The position numbers and the translations under genes are program-made. A model generated the notes under the pieces. That model ran no database searches and had not been told where the DNA came from. It saw only the letters and a list, made by a program, of their open reading frames with translations. Below, one piece after another: positions 41,415-54,817 of a stretch of 64,000 nt of DNA. Numbering within the stretch: position 1 is the stretch's first letter; each line of letters opens with the position of its first letter. The DNA comes from Bdellovibrionales bacterium RIFOXYD12_FULL_39_22 (GTDB taxonomy: Bacteria > Bdellovibrionota > Bacteriovoracia > Bacteriovoracales > Bacteriovoracaceae): assembly GCA_001770205.1 (NCBI GenBank), contig MEQL01000061.1:62001-126000 (forward strand), in the 5' to 3' direction.

Positions 41415-41624
41415 AATGTACTCCTTTGCTTTGTTATGCGGTTTATTCGTTCACGGCCGCCGAATGCCGCTGAACAGAAGAGCATTAGTACTAAATATCT
41501 ATGCTTTTTGAAGTTAAATGGACTCAAAGAATGGCCTTTTTTCACTTTTGAACTCCTTGTCCTTGGCAATAAAAATAGATAAAGAAATGATGTGTCTATA
41601 CCGATAGTATTATCCAGATGAGTT

Positions 41625-42587
41625 ATGAATTATTTCCAGGAGGCCTTAATGAAAAAGAATTATCTTTTCTCGTTTCTAATAGCGTTACCGATTCTTTTCC
41701 TTTCTACGGCAACGGCCGAAGATGATTTTTCTTGCTTGGGCAAAAGTGGTAATAACACCTTTCCTGGAAAATTTCGTGATAGACTATTTCTTATTGATTT
41801 GCTTCCAAAGCAAGAGCAGGAATCTCAGCTGCGCGGGACTTTTGATTTTATTTATAAAGCTCTTATTGAGCGTTGCGATTGGAGCACCTCACTTGAAATG
41901 CACACCACTTGTTCATCTATGTGTAGCAGTATCTCTAACGACAACTCCTTCGAAGGATTTGATGGTATCATCGAGGCCATAAAATATACACTCCCTCAAA
42001 ATCCAATTGAAAAAATTAAAATCATCTGTAACGACGCTTGCCTGCAGGCCAAAACCTCGATGGATAAGGACAAAGACGGCAAAAATCAAAAAACAATTGT
42101 AGAAAAGCACGTCGAAATGGCCAAGGCACGTGGGATCAGGGAACGAGATGCAATTGTTAACACTCCCGGTTTTTGTGAAGATGGGGCAATGAATAAACTC
42201 AACACTCAGCTGCAAAAATATCAGGCAGAAGACGGTTATGCGAAACGTTTTGCCCCTTCATTGTTGAGTATTTATAAAAAAAAATTGCAAGCTGAAAAAG
42301 AACTCAACGAACTAATTTTGCGTATTCCTAAAACTGCTGCAGAAAAAGGAAGAAAAAATTATTTGGAAAATGTGATAGTTGAATACGCCAAACAATCTGA
42401 TTTTCTTTATACACTGCAGGCAGAATACAATGGTGCTTTTAAAGCGGAGTATGAGAGAATTTATAGTCCTGAATTTATCACAGAACATTGCGGGGATACT
42501 AAAAAAATTAATGATAATTCTGAAGCAAAAAACCCTCCGATATTTGAAAAAAATACAGAACCTTCTTCGCAAGGGCAACATAAGTAA
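41625..42587 (+). CDS. Hypothetical secreted Cys-containing protein
   Basis: Signal peptide ending ATA; RBS AGGAGG favours ATG 41649; CxxxC pairs. Confidence 0.7.
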   Translation: MNYFQEALMKKNYLFSFLIALPILFLSTATAEDDFSCLGKSGNNTFPGKFRDRLFLIDLLPKQEQESQLRGTFDFIYKALIERCDWSTSLEMHTTCSSMCSSISNDNSFEGFDGIIEAIKYTLPQNPIEKIKIICNDACLQAKTSMDKDKDGKNQKTIVEKHVEMAKARGIRERDAIVNTPGFCEDGAMNKLNTQLQKYQAEDGYAKRFAPSLLSIYKKKLQAEKELNELILRIPKTAAEKGRKNYLENVIVEYAKQSDFLYTLQAEYNGAFKAEYERIYSPEFITEHCGDTKKINDNSEAKNPPIFEKNTEPSSQGQHK

Positions 42588-42802
42588 TTACGAAAAGCAA
42601 TTACTGAAATGAATTTCAATTTGCGAAACACAATTTTGCCACACTTTATAGTCGGTCAGCTTTAAAAACATTTCACTAATGCTACCAACTAACGCCTTGA
42701 ATTGATTGTAGTTATTCATGTTTTGGGCAGTTTTGCTGCCCAACAAAATCACTTAAGGTTTATCATAAATAATAACGATAAGTTGTAAACCAAGGATTTT
42801 AT

Positions 42803-45800
42803 ATGAAAAAAAATAACTTTAGGAAAATTCTAGCAACTACACTTTGCTATTCGCTTTTTATAACTTCTTTGCCACTACTACCATCGACCGCAATTGCTAC
42901 AACGGAGGGGAGTGGAAACTCTAATGTAGATGCTCACTTACCGGTCGCCGGAAATAACAATCCATCGGCAAGTGTAACAGATACAAATGGCCCTGTTGCT
43001 CTTTGCACCGAAACCTATTCTTCTGCAGAGATTCTTGCAATGCAAGCAAGCAATCGGAATACGGCACAGGCAAAAATTAACGCCGCCTATACTGCGTTTG
43101 GCGAGGCAGTTATTGCTTTGAAGTTGCAACGCTATTTAGAAGGAGATGGCTGGCCAGAAGCAATTTCAACTGTGGCCGCACCCTCTATGTCTGAGCTAGA
43201 AGCAATTATTGCGAATATTCGAGGTGCCGGGATCACATTAATTGGTACTATGCAAACTGCTTCTAGAGAGAGTTCTCAAGCGGTCGAGGCCACCGCTACA
43301 ACCAATACAGCGAATGAAGCGGTTGTCGGTCAAAATCAAACAACGCAGGCCAACTACGACAGCAAAGTGGCAGCGTTGCAAGCGGATATTGATGCTGCGC
43401 AGGCAAAACATAGCACCTGTCAAAGTGAATATACGGCAATGGGATGTAATGGATCAAATCTTAATCTTGGAAATGGAGGAATAAGTTGCGAAGAAAAACA
43501 AAATGAGTGTCAGGTTAAACAGCAAGCTATTAACTCTGCCAACGCCGCCTACAATGATTTTAAAAATCCCCAAAATGGAATCGCAGTGAATATGCAGCAA
43601 GCGCAAGTAACAAACTATTCCACTATGTCTGGAAGCATGGCCAATAACCAGTCGACGACAGCAGACTCGGCGGCCGCCACCCAAAGCATGGTATCGCAAG
43701 AAATTGTTTTGGAAGGAACTGTGGAAAATTATAAGCGCGTACATAATGCTGCTGCCGAGGTTGCCATTCAGAAGGCAACACTTGCTCGACAAAAGGCCAT
43801 TGATGCTATTAATGAATTTGGATCACCCAACGCCGCTTATGATAAAACAGAAGCGATGAGTCTTATCTCCTTAGTCGGTTCAGATGTTTCGCGCGCACCA
43901 GAGGATTTGGCCTTTATTGAACAAATTTCTCTAACCTCGGCCGGTGCCTTTGAGGTTCAATGTACAGATGTTACAAACAGTGATGTTCGTTGTATTTCTT
44001 ATCATCTCTATGTGGCAGCATCCGCCGTATATCTTGCTTCGATGATTGTTGAGACTGGCGAATATAACAAAAACATGGCAGCTATTATGTGCCTTGAGAG
44101 AGCAACTGGATATAATGATCAGGTGTGGAATTTAGAACGGGCAGCTCTTTTGGCACGCGAAGTTTCACGCATTGCTGACATGCGCTCAAGCAGCAATGCT
44201 GTGTTGCTTGATATGTACAACATTGTAGACAAGATGGCACAAATTGAATTAGACGGCAAAATGGCACGAATCGAGGCCGCCCAACGCCGACTAGCAGCAG
44301 ATGCAGAAAGTATTCAAAATAATGAAGAAGCGGAAGGAACCTTTAACATGCTAAAGATGATCATGATGGCAGCGGGAATTGCCTTGATCGCGCTGGGATT
44401 GTTTCATACGCAGATGGGTGAGGCCTTGATTGCTAAAGGCATGGCCTGTTCTCCGAGCATATGTTCTGCCATGGTTGCTGCTGGAAAAGCACTGGTTCTT
44501 CTTGGGGGCGTCGAAAGTGAAAATGGAACATACTGGAAAGCGGTCATCGCAGGAGTAATTTTGGCCGGGGTTGCCATGTTTTTTGGTAATGAAAAAGATA
44601 AGGCAAAAGAAAATCAAAAACGATCTCAAGAAGAATTAAATCGTGCCATGGCCCATACCCATATGAACTGTATAAAGGAATTTTCGGCGCGTGCACCAAC
44701 ACCTCTTCCACTTCCTAATGAACCATTGAACTCTTCGGGTGGATTTCCTCCAAACGGATCTACTCCGCTACCCATTGGAAGTCCTCCATCCTCTGCATCT
44801 AACTGGACATTAGGTAGCAGCTTTTTATATGCTCTGAATTTACTGTTTGATCTTCTAATTCCCAAGGCCTTTTCTTCCGAAAACATCATTTCTCAAATTG
44901 CTAGCTTGGATGATTTACAAGGTGCAATTGGAATTCTAGATAGTACCGAGGCAAATCGTTTTTTTACCAGTCATGAAGATATCGTTGCCGATCGCGCGGT
45001 ACAAAACTTCCCAATTCCTGAAACAAGGGTTAATTTTACTGGAGGTGTTTTACTTCCTGGTGCAAATGGCGCACTCCTTTCCATAACTGGAGAGAGTGGT
45101 GAAATATCAACCTCTGATGCACATTTGGATGATTACGTGCATATTTTAAATACAGCTTATACAGAATTTGAAGAGGCACCAACCAATCAACAAGGCGTTA
45201 TTCCCTCAGACGCCGCCAGAGGTGACAATCAAACACGATCTGCTGATAATGCGGTTGTTGGCGGAGGAATGCAGGCCGGATTCAACGTCAAAGTACCCGA
45301 AGGAAGTATCAGCACAGGTAAAAATTCGACCAACACAACTAATAAAAATACCACACTGGTAAGCAACACCCAGGGAGGAAGTTTGGGGTCCAAGGGAGAA
45401 TTAGAAGGAAAAGATTCTGCGACAAGAAAGTTAACAACGAAAGAACGTAAAAAATCAATATTGGATAAATCTAAAAAGAAAAATGATTCTGCAAATTCTT
45501 CTCCCATGCTTGCAGAAATTCGCTCTAAGGCATTACAGACATATCGTTCTGGCGGACCTAAACTAGCAGATGGTAGTGCTAAATCCAATCTACTTGCTTC
45601 AATTAGAGGAATCAAATTAGATAGTACTTCCCTGGCCAAACCATCTCCGGCCAAAAAGTCTTCCCGCGAGGACCTTGGCCAGGAACAAAATAGTGCCACT
45701 TCTCTTGTTTCTTTCCGGCCTGGCACTCTTCCTGAAATGATAGAGAATAATGAAAAACAAGAAGCAATTTTGCCAATAAGCACTGCCGACAATAGTGCGG

Positions 45801-45961
45801 CAGAACGAGCCTATTTGGATAAAATGAGATCACGAGACAAAAGCCGTTATAAGGAAGAAAAAGATGATATTGTTCGTGACCGGGATACAAATCTTTTTAA
45901 GATAATTTCTTTGCGCTATAAAAAAACCGCAATTCCTCGCTTTTTTGATAAAGTAAACTAA
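42803..45961 (+). CDS. Large hypothetical exported protein (coiled coils, hydrophobic helices, low-complexity tail)
   Basis: 1052-aa ORF, RBS AAGGA, signal peptide, central hydrophobic Gly/Ala helices, C-terminal LFKIISLRY. Confidence 0.8.
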   Translation: MKKNNFRKILATTLCYSLFITSLPLLPSTAIATTEGSGNSNVDAHLPVAGNNNPSASVTDTNGPVALCTETYSSAEILAMQASNRNTAQAKINAAYTAFGEAVIALKLQRYLEGDGWPEAISTVAAPSMSELEAIIANIRGAGITLIGTMQTASRESSQAVEATATTNTANEAVVGQNQTTQANYDSKVAALQADIDAAQAKHSTCQSEYTAMGCNGSNLNLGNGGISCEEKQNECQVKQQAINSANAAYNDFKNPQNGIAVNMQQAQVTNYSTMSGSMANNQSTTADSAAATQSMVSQEIVLEGTVENYKRVHNAAAEVAIQKATLARQKAIDAINEFGSPNAAYDKTEAMSLISLVGSDVSRAPEDLAFIEQISLTSAGAFEVQCTDVTNSDVRCISYHLYVAASAVYLASMIVETGEYNKNMAAIMCLERATGYNDQVWNLERAALLAREVSRIADMRSSSNAVLLDMYNIVDKMAQIELDGKMARIEAAQRRLAADAESIQNNEEAEGTFNMLKMIMMAAGIALIALGLFHTQMGEALIAKGMACSPSICSAMVAAGKALVLLGGVESENGTYWKAVIAGVILAGVAMFFGNEKDKAKENQKRSQEELNRAMAHTHMNCIKEFSARAPTPLPLPNEPLNSSGGFPPNGSTPLPIGSPPSSASNWTLGSSFLYALNLLFDLLIPKAFSSENIISQIASLDDLQGAIGILDSTEANRFFTSHEDIVADRAVQNFPIPETRVNFTGGVLLPGANGALLSITGESGEISTSDAHLDDYVHILNTAYTEFEEAPTNQQGVIPSDAARGDNQTRSADNAVVGGGMQAGFNVKVPEGSISTGKNSTNTTNKNTTLVSNTQGGSLGSKGELEGKDSATRKLTTKERKKSILDKSKKKNDSANSSPMLAEIRSKALQTYRSGGPKLADGSAKSNLLASIRGIKLDSTSLAKPSPAKKSSREDLGQEQNSATSLVSFRPGTLPEMIENNEKQEAILPISTADNSAAERAYLDKMRSRDKSRYKEEKDDIVRDRDTNLFKIISLRYKKTAIPRFFDKVN

Positions 45962-46040
45962 CGTGAATAACGGATGTTACAAAAAAAAGAGTTCATCAAT
46001 TAAAAAGAGTATGGTACAAGTACGCCATTAAATACTATTC

Positions 46041-46117
46041 GCAGCCGTAGCTTAGCTGGATAGAGCACCTGACTACGAATCAGGAGGTCATAGGTTCGAC
46101 TCCTATCGGTTGCGCCA
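46041..46117 (+). tRNA. tRNA-Arg(ACG)
   Basis: Acceptor stem GCAGCCG/CGGTTGC, D-loop with GG, anticodon arm CCTGA-CTACGAA-TCAGG, GGTTCGAC T-loop, encoded CCA. Confidence 0.97.
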
Positions 46118-46131
46118 TCTTCATCATTAAT

Positions 46132-46166
46132 AAAAAAAGGCCCAATTATTGGGCCCTTTTTGTTTT
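46132..46166. terminator. Bidirectional intrinsic terminator between tRNA-Arg and atpE
   Basis: A-tract, GGCCCAA/TTGGGCC stem, T-tract, between convergent genes. Confidence 0.8.
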
Positions 46167-46186
46167 ACTTGTCTTTAAATTAAAAA

Positions 46187-46483
46187 CTATACAACGAAAG
46201 TTGAAATCAGAGTAAAAATTACCAATGATTCCATAAATGCTAGAGAGAGAAGCATTGGGGTAAAAATTTTATCTGCAGCGTTTGGATTTCTAGCGATTCC
46301 TTCAAGTGCAGCAGAAGCTGCGCGAGACTGGCCAATTGTTCCACCTAGTGCCGCTAGGCCCATTGCTAGAAAATAACCAAAATTTTTCAAATACGTTGTC
46401 CCCTCGGCCATGGTGTGGCCTTCTTGGGCGAATGCAGAAACTGCTCCTAATGCTAAAACTAAGATCAGACCTAACTTTTTCAT
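46187..46483 (-). CDS. atpE: ATP synthase F0 subunit c
   Basis: ARNP loop, essential Glu in FMESL; N-terminal extension. Confidence 0.95.
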   Translation of the reverse strand: MKKLGLILVLALGAVSAFAQEGHTMAEGTTYLKNFGYFLAMGLAALGGTIGQSRAASAALEGIARNPNAADKIFTPMLLSLAFMESLVIFTLISTFVV

Positions 46484-46501
46484 AATATCTCCTTATGGTT
46501 G

Positions 46502-47323
46502 TTAATGATGGGCCGCTTGATGATGTTCATCATGATCGTGATGAGCATTAGCAACCAGTCCAATGTAAACTATCGAAAGCATTGTAAAAACAAATGCTTG
46601 AATAAAACAAACTAACATCCCTAAAAGAAAAAAGGGCATGGGGGCCAATACGGCCATAATTTGATTGGCAATGGGAGGTAATTTATTTGGAATGATTTCC
46701 GAAAAAACTTGAAGTACCAGGTGATCTCCCATCATATTTCCTCGCAACCTCAATGCTAGAGTAAATGGTCGGAAAATATTAGATACTATTTCTAGTGGAA
46801 AAATTAAAACGGCCGCATACCATACTGGGCCTGCGAAATGTTTTATATAGTTAATAACTCCTTGTTCCTTACAGCCAATGTAATTGTAATACAAGAAGGA
46901 AATAACCCCCAACGCTAGTGTAGTGCTTAAGTGGTCTGTTGGTGGAATAAGGCCAGGAATTAATCCCAACAAGTTAGAAGCAAAAATCAAAATAAAGAAA
47001 GTTATCATTAAGGGAAAATATTTTTTGGCATTATTCTCTCCCATAATTGCCTGACATTGATTATAAATAAATTGCCCTAGCGCTTCCACAATATTGCGCG
47101 TTGTAATTCCCTTGTCTGGAATTATAATATTTTCGACCTTTGATAATTTTAATCTATAAACCACGCCTAGCGCAGTCAGCATAATACCGACCAAAACTAA
47201 TGCTAATACGTGTTGAGGAATATGAAAGTGATGAGAAATTGGTCCTAACCAGGTAAATCCACCTTCTGATGCTAACAACTGGCCAGAGAAAAGGAAGAAA
47301 AACAGAGATGTTATTAACTTCAT
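46502..47323 (-). CDS. atpB: ATP synthase F0 subunit a
   Basis: NLLGLIP, RPFTLALRLRGN, IQAFVF. Confidence 0.96.
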   Translation of the reverse strand: MKLITSLFFFLFSGQLLASEGGFTWLGPISHHFHIPQHVLALVLVGIMLTALGVVYRLKLSKVENIIIPDKGITTRNIVEALGQFIYNQCQAIMGENNAKKYFPLMITFFILIFASNLLGLIPGLIPPTDHLSTTLALGVISFLYYNYIGCKEQGVINYIKHFAGPVWYAAVLIFPLEIVSNIFRPFTLALRLRGNMMGDHLVLQVFSEIIPNKLPPIANQIMAVLAPMPFFLLGMLVCFIQAFVFTMLSIVYIGLVANAHHDHDEHHQAAHH

Positions 47324-47685
47324 TGTACCTCAACTTTCTTTACGCTATAAGCTAAGACGATAATTAAAATGACGTAGTTAAGTAAAGGTATTATTACCCT
47401 TTTCCCCATAAAATGTACACCTAAAGATATCCCAAACAACAAAACGGCCATTTTACCTATTATCAGTAAAAGAATTCCCAAATTACCCTTGGGGCCTCCG
47501 CTTATTTTACTTAAATAGTTTTCTGTTCCTCGTACTAACATCAGCTGATTTATAATGGTGATTAAGTATATTCCCATAATAACGGCCAGCTCAACTGAAT
47601 TTTTGGCCAAACTCATGGCAATGGCCGTTGATGGGGCAGAGAGAATAAAATATTTTGGATAATTAATCTTTGCTTTTAATTGCAT
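47320..47685 (-). CDS. AtpI-like membrane protein
   Basis: About 4 TM helices, directly upstream of atpB with overlap. Confidence 0.6.
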   Translation of the reverse strand: MQLKAKINYPKYFILSAPSTAIAMSLAKNSVELAVIMGIYLITIINQLMLVRGTENYLSKISGGPKGNLGILLLIIGKMAVLLFGISLGVHFMGKRVIIPLLNYVILIIVLAYSVKKVEVQ

Positions 47686-47869
47686 ACCAAACTATCAGAA
47701 AAAAAATGTTAAAAACTATCGCCAAAAACAAAATTACCGCTAACCACTTGGGAATATATCCCTCTTTCATTAGGCCCATGGTTAAAATAGCACTGCCGAT
47801 AATTGTAGATGGAAGACTAAGAGTAAGCCCTAAAACTTTCATCCACTTTTTTTCAATTAATGGGCCCAA
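47663..47869 (-). CDS. Small 2-TM ATP synthase accessory protein (AtpZ/AtpQ-like)
   Basis: 68 aa, two hydrophobic helices, first gene of the F0 block. Confidence 0.55.
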   Translation of the reverse strand: MGPLIEKKWMKVLGLTLSLPSTIIGSAILTMGLMKEGYIPKWLAVILFLAIVFNIFFLIVWYAIKSKD

Positions 47870-47875
47870 TTTAAA

Positions 47876-48679
47876 TCACCGCTTTCTTGCGACTTTCCGT
47901 TCATAAATAGAATTTAATCTTTTGCGAATTACGTCAGAGTTGGGATATTCACCCAAAATTGAGTAATATATATCATAGGCCTTCTTTAACCTATCATCAT
48001 TTTCATAGGCGTTTGCTTTTAAAAACTTTGCTTGTGCGATATTGTCTTTGCGCGTTTCACCCTTAATATACTCATTAAAAAAATAGACTGCCTTGGGCCA
48101 ATCTTCCTTTTCAAAATATGCCAGTCCCATATAATATGCCGAACGGATAAAATACTCATGTTTTTCGTTATTTCTTATTGCTAAAAAAGTTTCTACCGCT
48201 TTATCTATCTCCCCATTTTTTAAATAAGAAATCCCAAGACGATTCTCAAAAAAATCTACGCTTTTTAGGCGCGGAACAAAACTTGAAAGTTTTTTATAAC
48301 TAGAAATTGCCGCCACATAATCTTTTAGGTAGGTAAAATTTAATTCAGCAATCTTCTCCTCGGCGCGAACAGTCCACAATGGTACGGAGGCCTCATTTTT
48401 AATTTTTTCGTAATAGAACAGGGCCTTTTTATGATTTGCTAAATAGGTCGAATATAGTTCTCCTAGTTGATAGTATATTTTTACCTTAACTCCCGGCGGG
48501 GGATTGCTAGTCAATACCTTTTCATATTCGTAAATGGCCTTCTGATATTTTTGTTCTGCAATATAGTTTTGCGCATCTAAAACACGCTTTTGTCGGCGAG
48601 GTGTAAAATCACAAGAAATCATTAGTGATAGTGAAAGAAGTACAGAAATTATAAACGTACAATTGGCAGTACTATTCAT
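47876..48679 (-). CDS. TPR-repeat lipoprotein
   Basis: Lipobox-like MISC; several TPR-like repeats ([16 protein letters not shown]); overlaps the gyrA stop. Confidence 0.8.
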   Translation of the reverse strand: MNSTANCTFIISVLLSLSLMISCDFTPRRQKRVLDAQNYIAEQKYQKAIYEYEKVLTSNPPPGVKVKIYYQLGELYSTYLANHKKALFYYEKIKNEASVPLWTVRAEEKIAELNFTYLKDYVAAISSYKKLSSFVPRLKSVDFFENRLGISYLKNGEIDKAVETFLAIRNNEKHEYFIRSAYYMGLAYFEKEDWPKAVYFFNEYIKGETRKDNIAQAKFLKANAYENDDRLKKAYDIYYSILGEYPNSDVIRKRLNSIYERKVARKR

Positions 48680-51221
48680 CTACCTTGTTATTACTCCCAT
48701 CTTCTTTTTTGTTTGTATTTTCTGCCGCAGTATCATTATTTTCATTGTGTTCAGCTTCAGCAATTTTTTCTACTGCTACCACCTTTTCACCTTCTTTAAC
48801 TTTAATTATGCGCACACCTTGAGTAGTGCGCCCCATAAGCGAAATCCCCGCAATACTAGTACGAACCACCTGGCCCTTATCAGTGATAATCATCAGGTCA
48901 TCTTTATCCGTAACAGGTTTTATGTCTATGATATCGCCATTTTTTTCTGTCAGCTTCATGGCAATTATTCCTTTTCCGCCACGACTCTGTTTGCGATAAT
49001 CAGCTGAGACTGTTCTCTTCCCGTATCCATTTTCCGTTATAGACAGAATTTCTACATTGTCGTCAATTATCTCCATCCCAATAATTTTCTCATCTTCTTC
49101 GATAGAAATTCCTTTTACTCCTTGTGATACTCTGCCAAGAGGACGACAATCTGTTTCTGGAAAACGAATAATTTTACCCGCGGTGGAACAAAGCAAAACA
49201 TCTTTTAGGCCGTCTGTTACCCGTACACTTACAATATAGTCGCCATCCTGCAGCTTTAACGCTCTAATTCCATTTTGCTTAATATTGGTATATTCCGATA
49301 ATTCAGATTTTTTAACCACTCCTTTGGCAGTAGCAAACATCAAAAATTTATTTTCAATTTCTGCTGGTAGACATAGAACTTCCATGATTTTTTCGTCGGA
49401 AGGAATGGGGATCAAATTAGCAATATTTCTTCCCTTGGCAGTGCGAACTGCCTCTGGAATGTTATATACATGCTTGGCAAAAACCATTCCCCTGTTGGTA
49501 AAAAATAAAATTATTGCGTGTGTATCAGCAATAAAAATTTTATTATAAAAATCATCCTCTAGCGCATCCGCTCCTTTTACTCCTACTCCTCCGCGTTTTT
49601 GCGTTTTATAGGTATCTATGGCCATGCGTTTTATGTAGCCTTTATGTGTGGTAGTAACAATGACATCTTCTTGTTTGATCATATCGACAATGTCTATGTC
49701 GTCTACCTGGCCAACAATCTCTGTTCTTCGTTCATCGCCATGTTTTTCTAATATTTCTTGAAACTCTCGCTTCATTTCTTGTTTGATTAATTCCTCGCTG
49801 GCAAGTAATCTTTCCAATCCTTCAATTTCACGCAACGTATCTTCATAATCTTTAACAATCCTATCTCGCTCTAGGCCAGTCAATCGCTGTAGGCGCATTT
49901 CTAAAATGGCCTGTGCTTGTTTCTCTGAAAGTTTATATTGGCTCATCAACTGATCGCGCGCTTCCGTTGGCCCCTCTGCTGATTTAATTAATCTAATAAT
50001 TGGATCAATATTCTCAACAGCTATTTTCAATCCCTCTAAAATATGTGCTTTTGCTTTGGCCTTATTTAAATCAAAAATCGTTCTGCGGATGATAATTTCT
50101 CGCCGGTGTTCTAGAAAACTGGAAAGGATTTCCTTTAGGTTCATCACCTTGGGAGCGCCATTATGAATTGCCAAAAAGATAATTCCAAAAGATTCTTGCA
50201 TCTGAGTGTGTTTAAAAAGACGATTTACTACTACTGCAGGAATCTCTCCTTTTTTCAAATCAATACAAACTCTAATTCCTAGACGATTTGATTCATCCCG
50301 AATTCCCGAAATTCCTTCGATGGTTTTTTCATTAACTAATTCCGCAATTCGTTCAATTAACTTTGCTTTAATGACCTGATAGGGGAGTTCGGTAATTACA
50401 ATTCTTTGCCGATCTGTCTTTCCAATTTCCTCTATCTCATACTTAGATCTAATTTGAATTACTCCTCGGCCTGTACGATACGCTGAGCGAATTCCTTCTA
50501 CTCCATGAATAGCTCCCGCGGTTGGAAAATCTGGCCCGGGGATAATTTTTATTAATTGTTCAATAGAGGTATTGTTGTCATCAAGTAGCGCAATCAGTCC
50601 TTGAGTTATCTCTTTCAAATTATGCGGTGGAATATTGGTGGCCATTCCAACAGCAATTCCTGTAGAGCCATTGATTAAAAGGTTCGGTATCTTTGCTGGC
50701 AAAACCGCTGGTTCTTTTCGTGAATCATCATAGTTGGGTTGCCAATCAACAGTTTCTTTTTCTAAATCGGCCAACATCTCTTCGGCCATCTTCTGCATAC
50801 GAATTTCTGTATACCTCATGGCAGCAGCACTATCACCATCAATAGATCCAAAGTTTCCTTGGCCATCAACCAGTGGATAACGCAAAGAAAAATCTTGGGC
50901 CATGCGAACAATTGTATTATATACCGCAGAATCACCATGTGGATGATACTTACCGATAACATCTCCGACTACCCTGGCAGATTTCAAAAAAGGTTTATTA
51001 TGATAGTTGCCTAGATCATGCATTGCATATAGTACTCGTCGATGAACTGGTTTTAATCCATCTCGCACATCCGGAAGCGCCCTGCCAATTATTACCGACA
51101 TCGCATAGTCGATATAGCAGCTTTTCATTTCATCTTGAATTAAAACGGGAAAAACTCCATCTACGTTTTTCTTCTCTGCTTTAACCGTTTCGTTGTTATT
51201 ATTGTCTGTTGAATCTGTCAT
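48672..51221 (-). CDS. gyrA: DNA gyrase subunit A
   Basis: [15 protein letters not shown], GyrA-box QKRGGVG. Confidence 0.98.
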   Translation of the reverse strand: MTDSTDNNNNETVKAEKKNVDGVFPVLIQDEMKSCYIDYAMSVIIGRALPDVRDGLKPVHRRVLYAMHDLGNYHNKPFLKSARVVGDVIGKYHPHGDSAVYNTIVRMAQDFSLRYPLVDGQGNFGSIDGDSAAAMRYTEIRMQKMAEEMLADLEKETVDWQPNYDDSRKEPAVLPAKIPNLLINGSTGIAVGMATNIPPHNLKEITQGLIALLDDNNTSIEQLIKIIPGPDFPTAGAIHGVEGIRSAYRTGRGVIQIRSKYEIEEIGKTDRQRIVITELPYQVIKAKLIERIAELVNEKTIEGISGIRDESNRLGIRVCIDLKKGEIPAVVVNRLFKHTQMQESFGIIFLAIHNGAPKVMNLKEILSSFLEHRREIIIRRTIFDLNKAKAKAHILEGLKIAVENIDPIIRLIKSAEGPTEARDQLMSQYKLSEKQAQAILEMRLQRLTGLERDRIVKDYEDTLREIEGLERLLASEELIKQEMKREFQEILEKHGDERRTEIVGQVDDIDIVDMIKQEDVIVTTTHKGYIKRMAIDTYKTQKRGGVGVKGADALEDDFYNKIFIADTHAIILFFTNRGMVFAKHVYNIPEAVRTAKGRNIANLIPIPSDEKIMEVLCLPAEIENKFLMFATAKGVVKKSELSEYTNIKQNGIRALKLQDGDYIVSVRVTDGLKDVLLCSTAGKIIRFPETDCRPLGRVSQGVKGISIEEDEKIIGMEIIDDNVEILSITENGYGKRTVSADYRKQSRGGKGIIAMKLTEKNGDIIDIKPVTDKDDLMIITDKGQVVRTSIAGISLMGRTTQGVRIIKVKEGEKVVAVEKIAEAEHNENNDTAAENTNKKEDGSNNKVDE

Positions 51222-51236
51222 CTAACTAACCTCAAA

Positions 51237-54817
<3,581 letters not shown>

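Noticed and set aside
45229..45792. 187-aa antisense ORF and the other short opposite-strand or alternate-frame ORFs in the track
   Set aside because: Shadows of well-supported genes, with no recognisable motifs
39681..46117. Prophage or integrative island at tRNA-Arg
   Set aside because: No integrase, phage genes or duplicated tRNA end seen; the orphan genes lie 5' of the tRNA
46187..46483. Na+-coupled ATP synthase
   Set aside because: Gln and Glu-Ser are present, but the Thr and Tyr of the full Na+ signature are replaced by Leu and Phe; the coupling ion cannot be called
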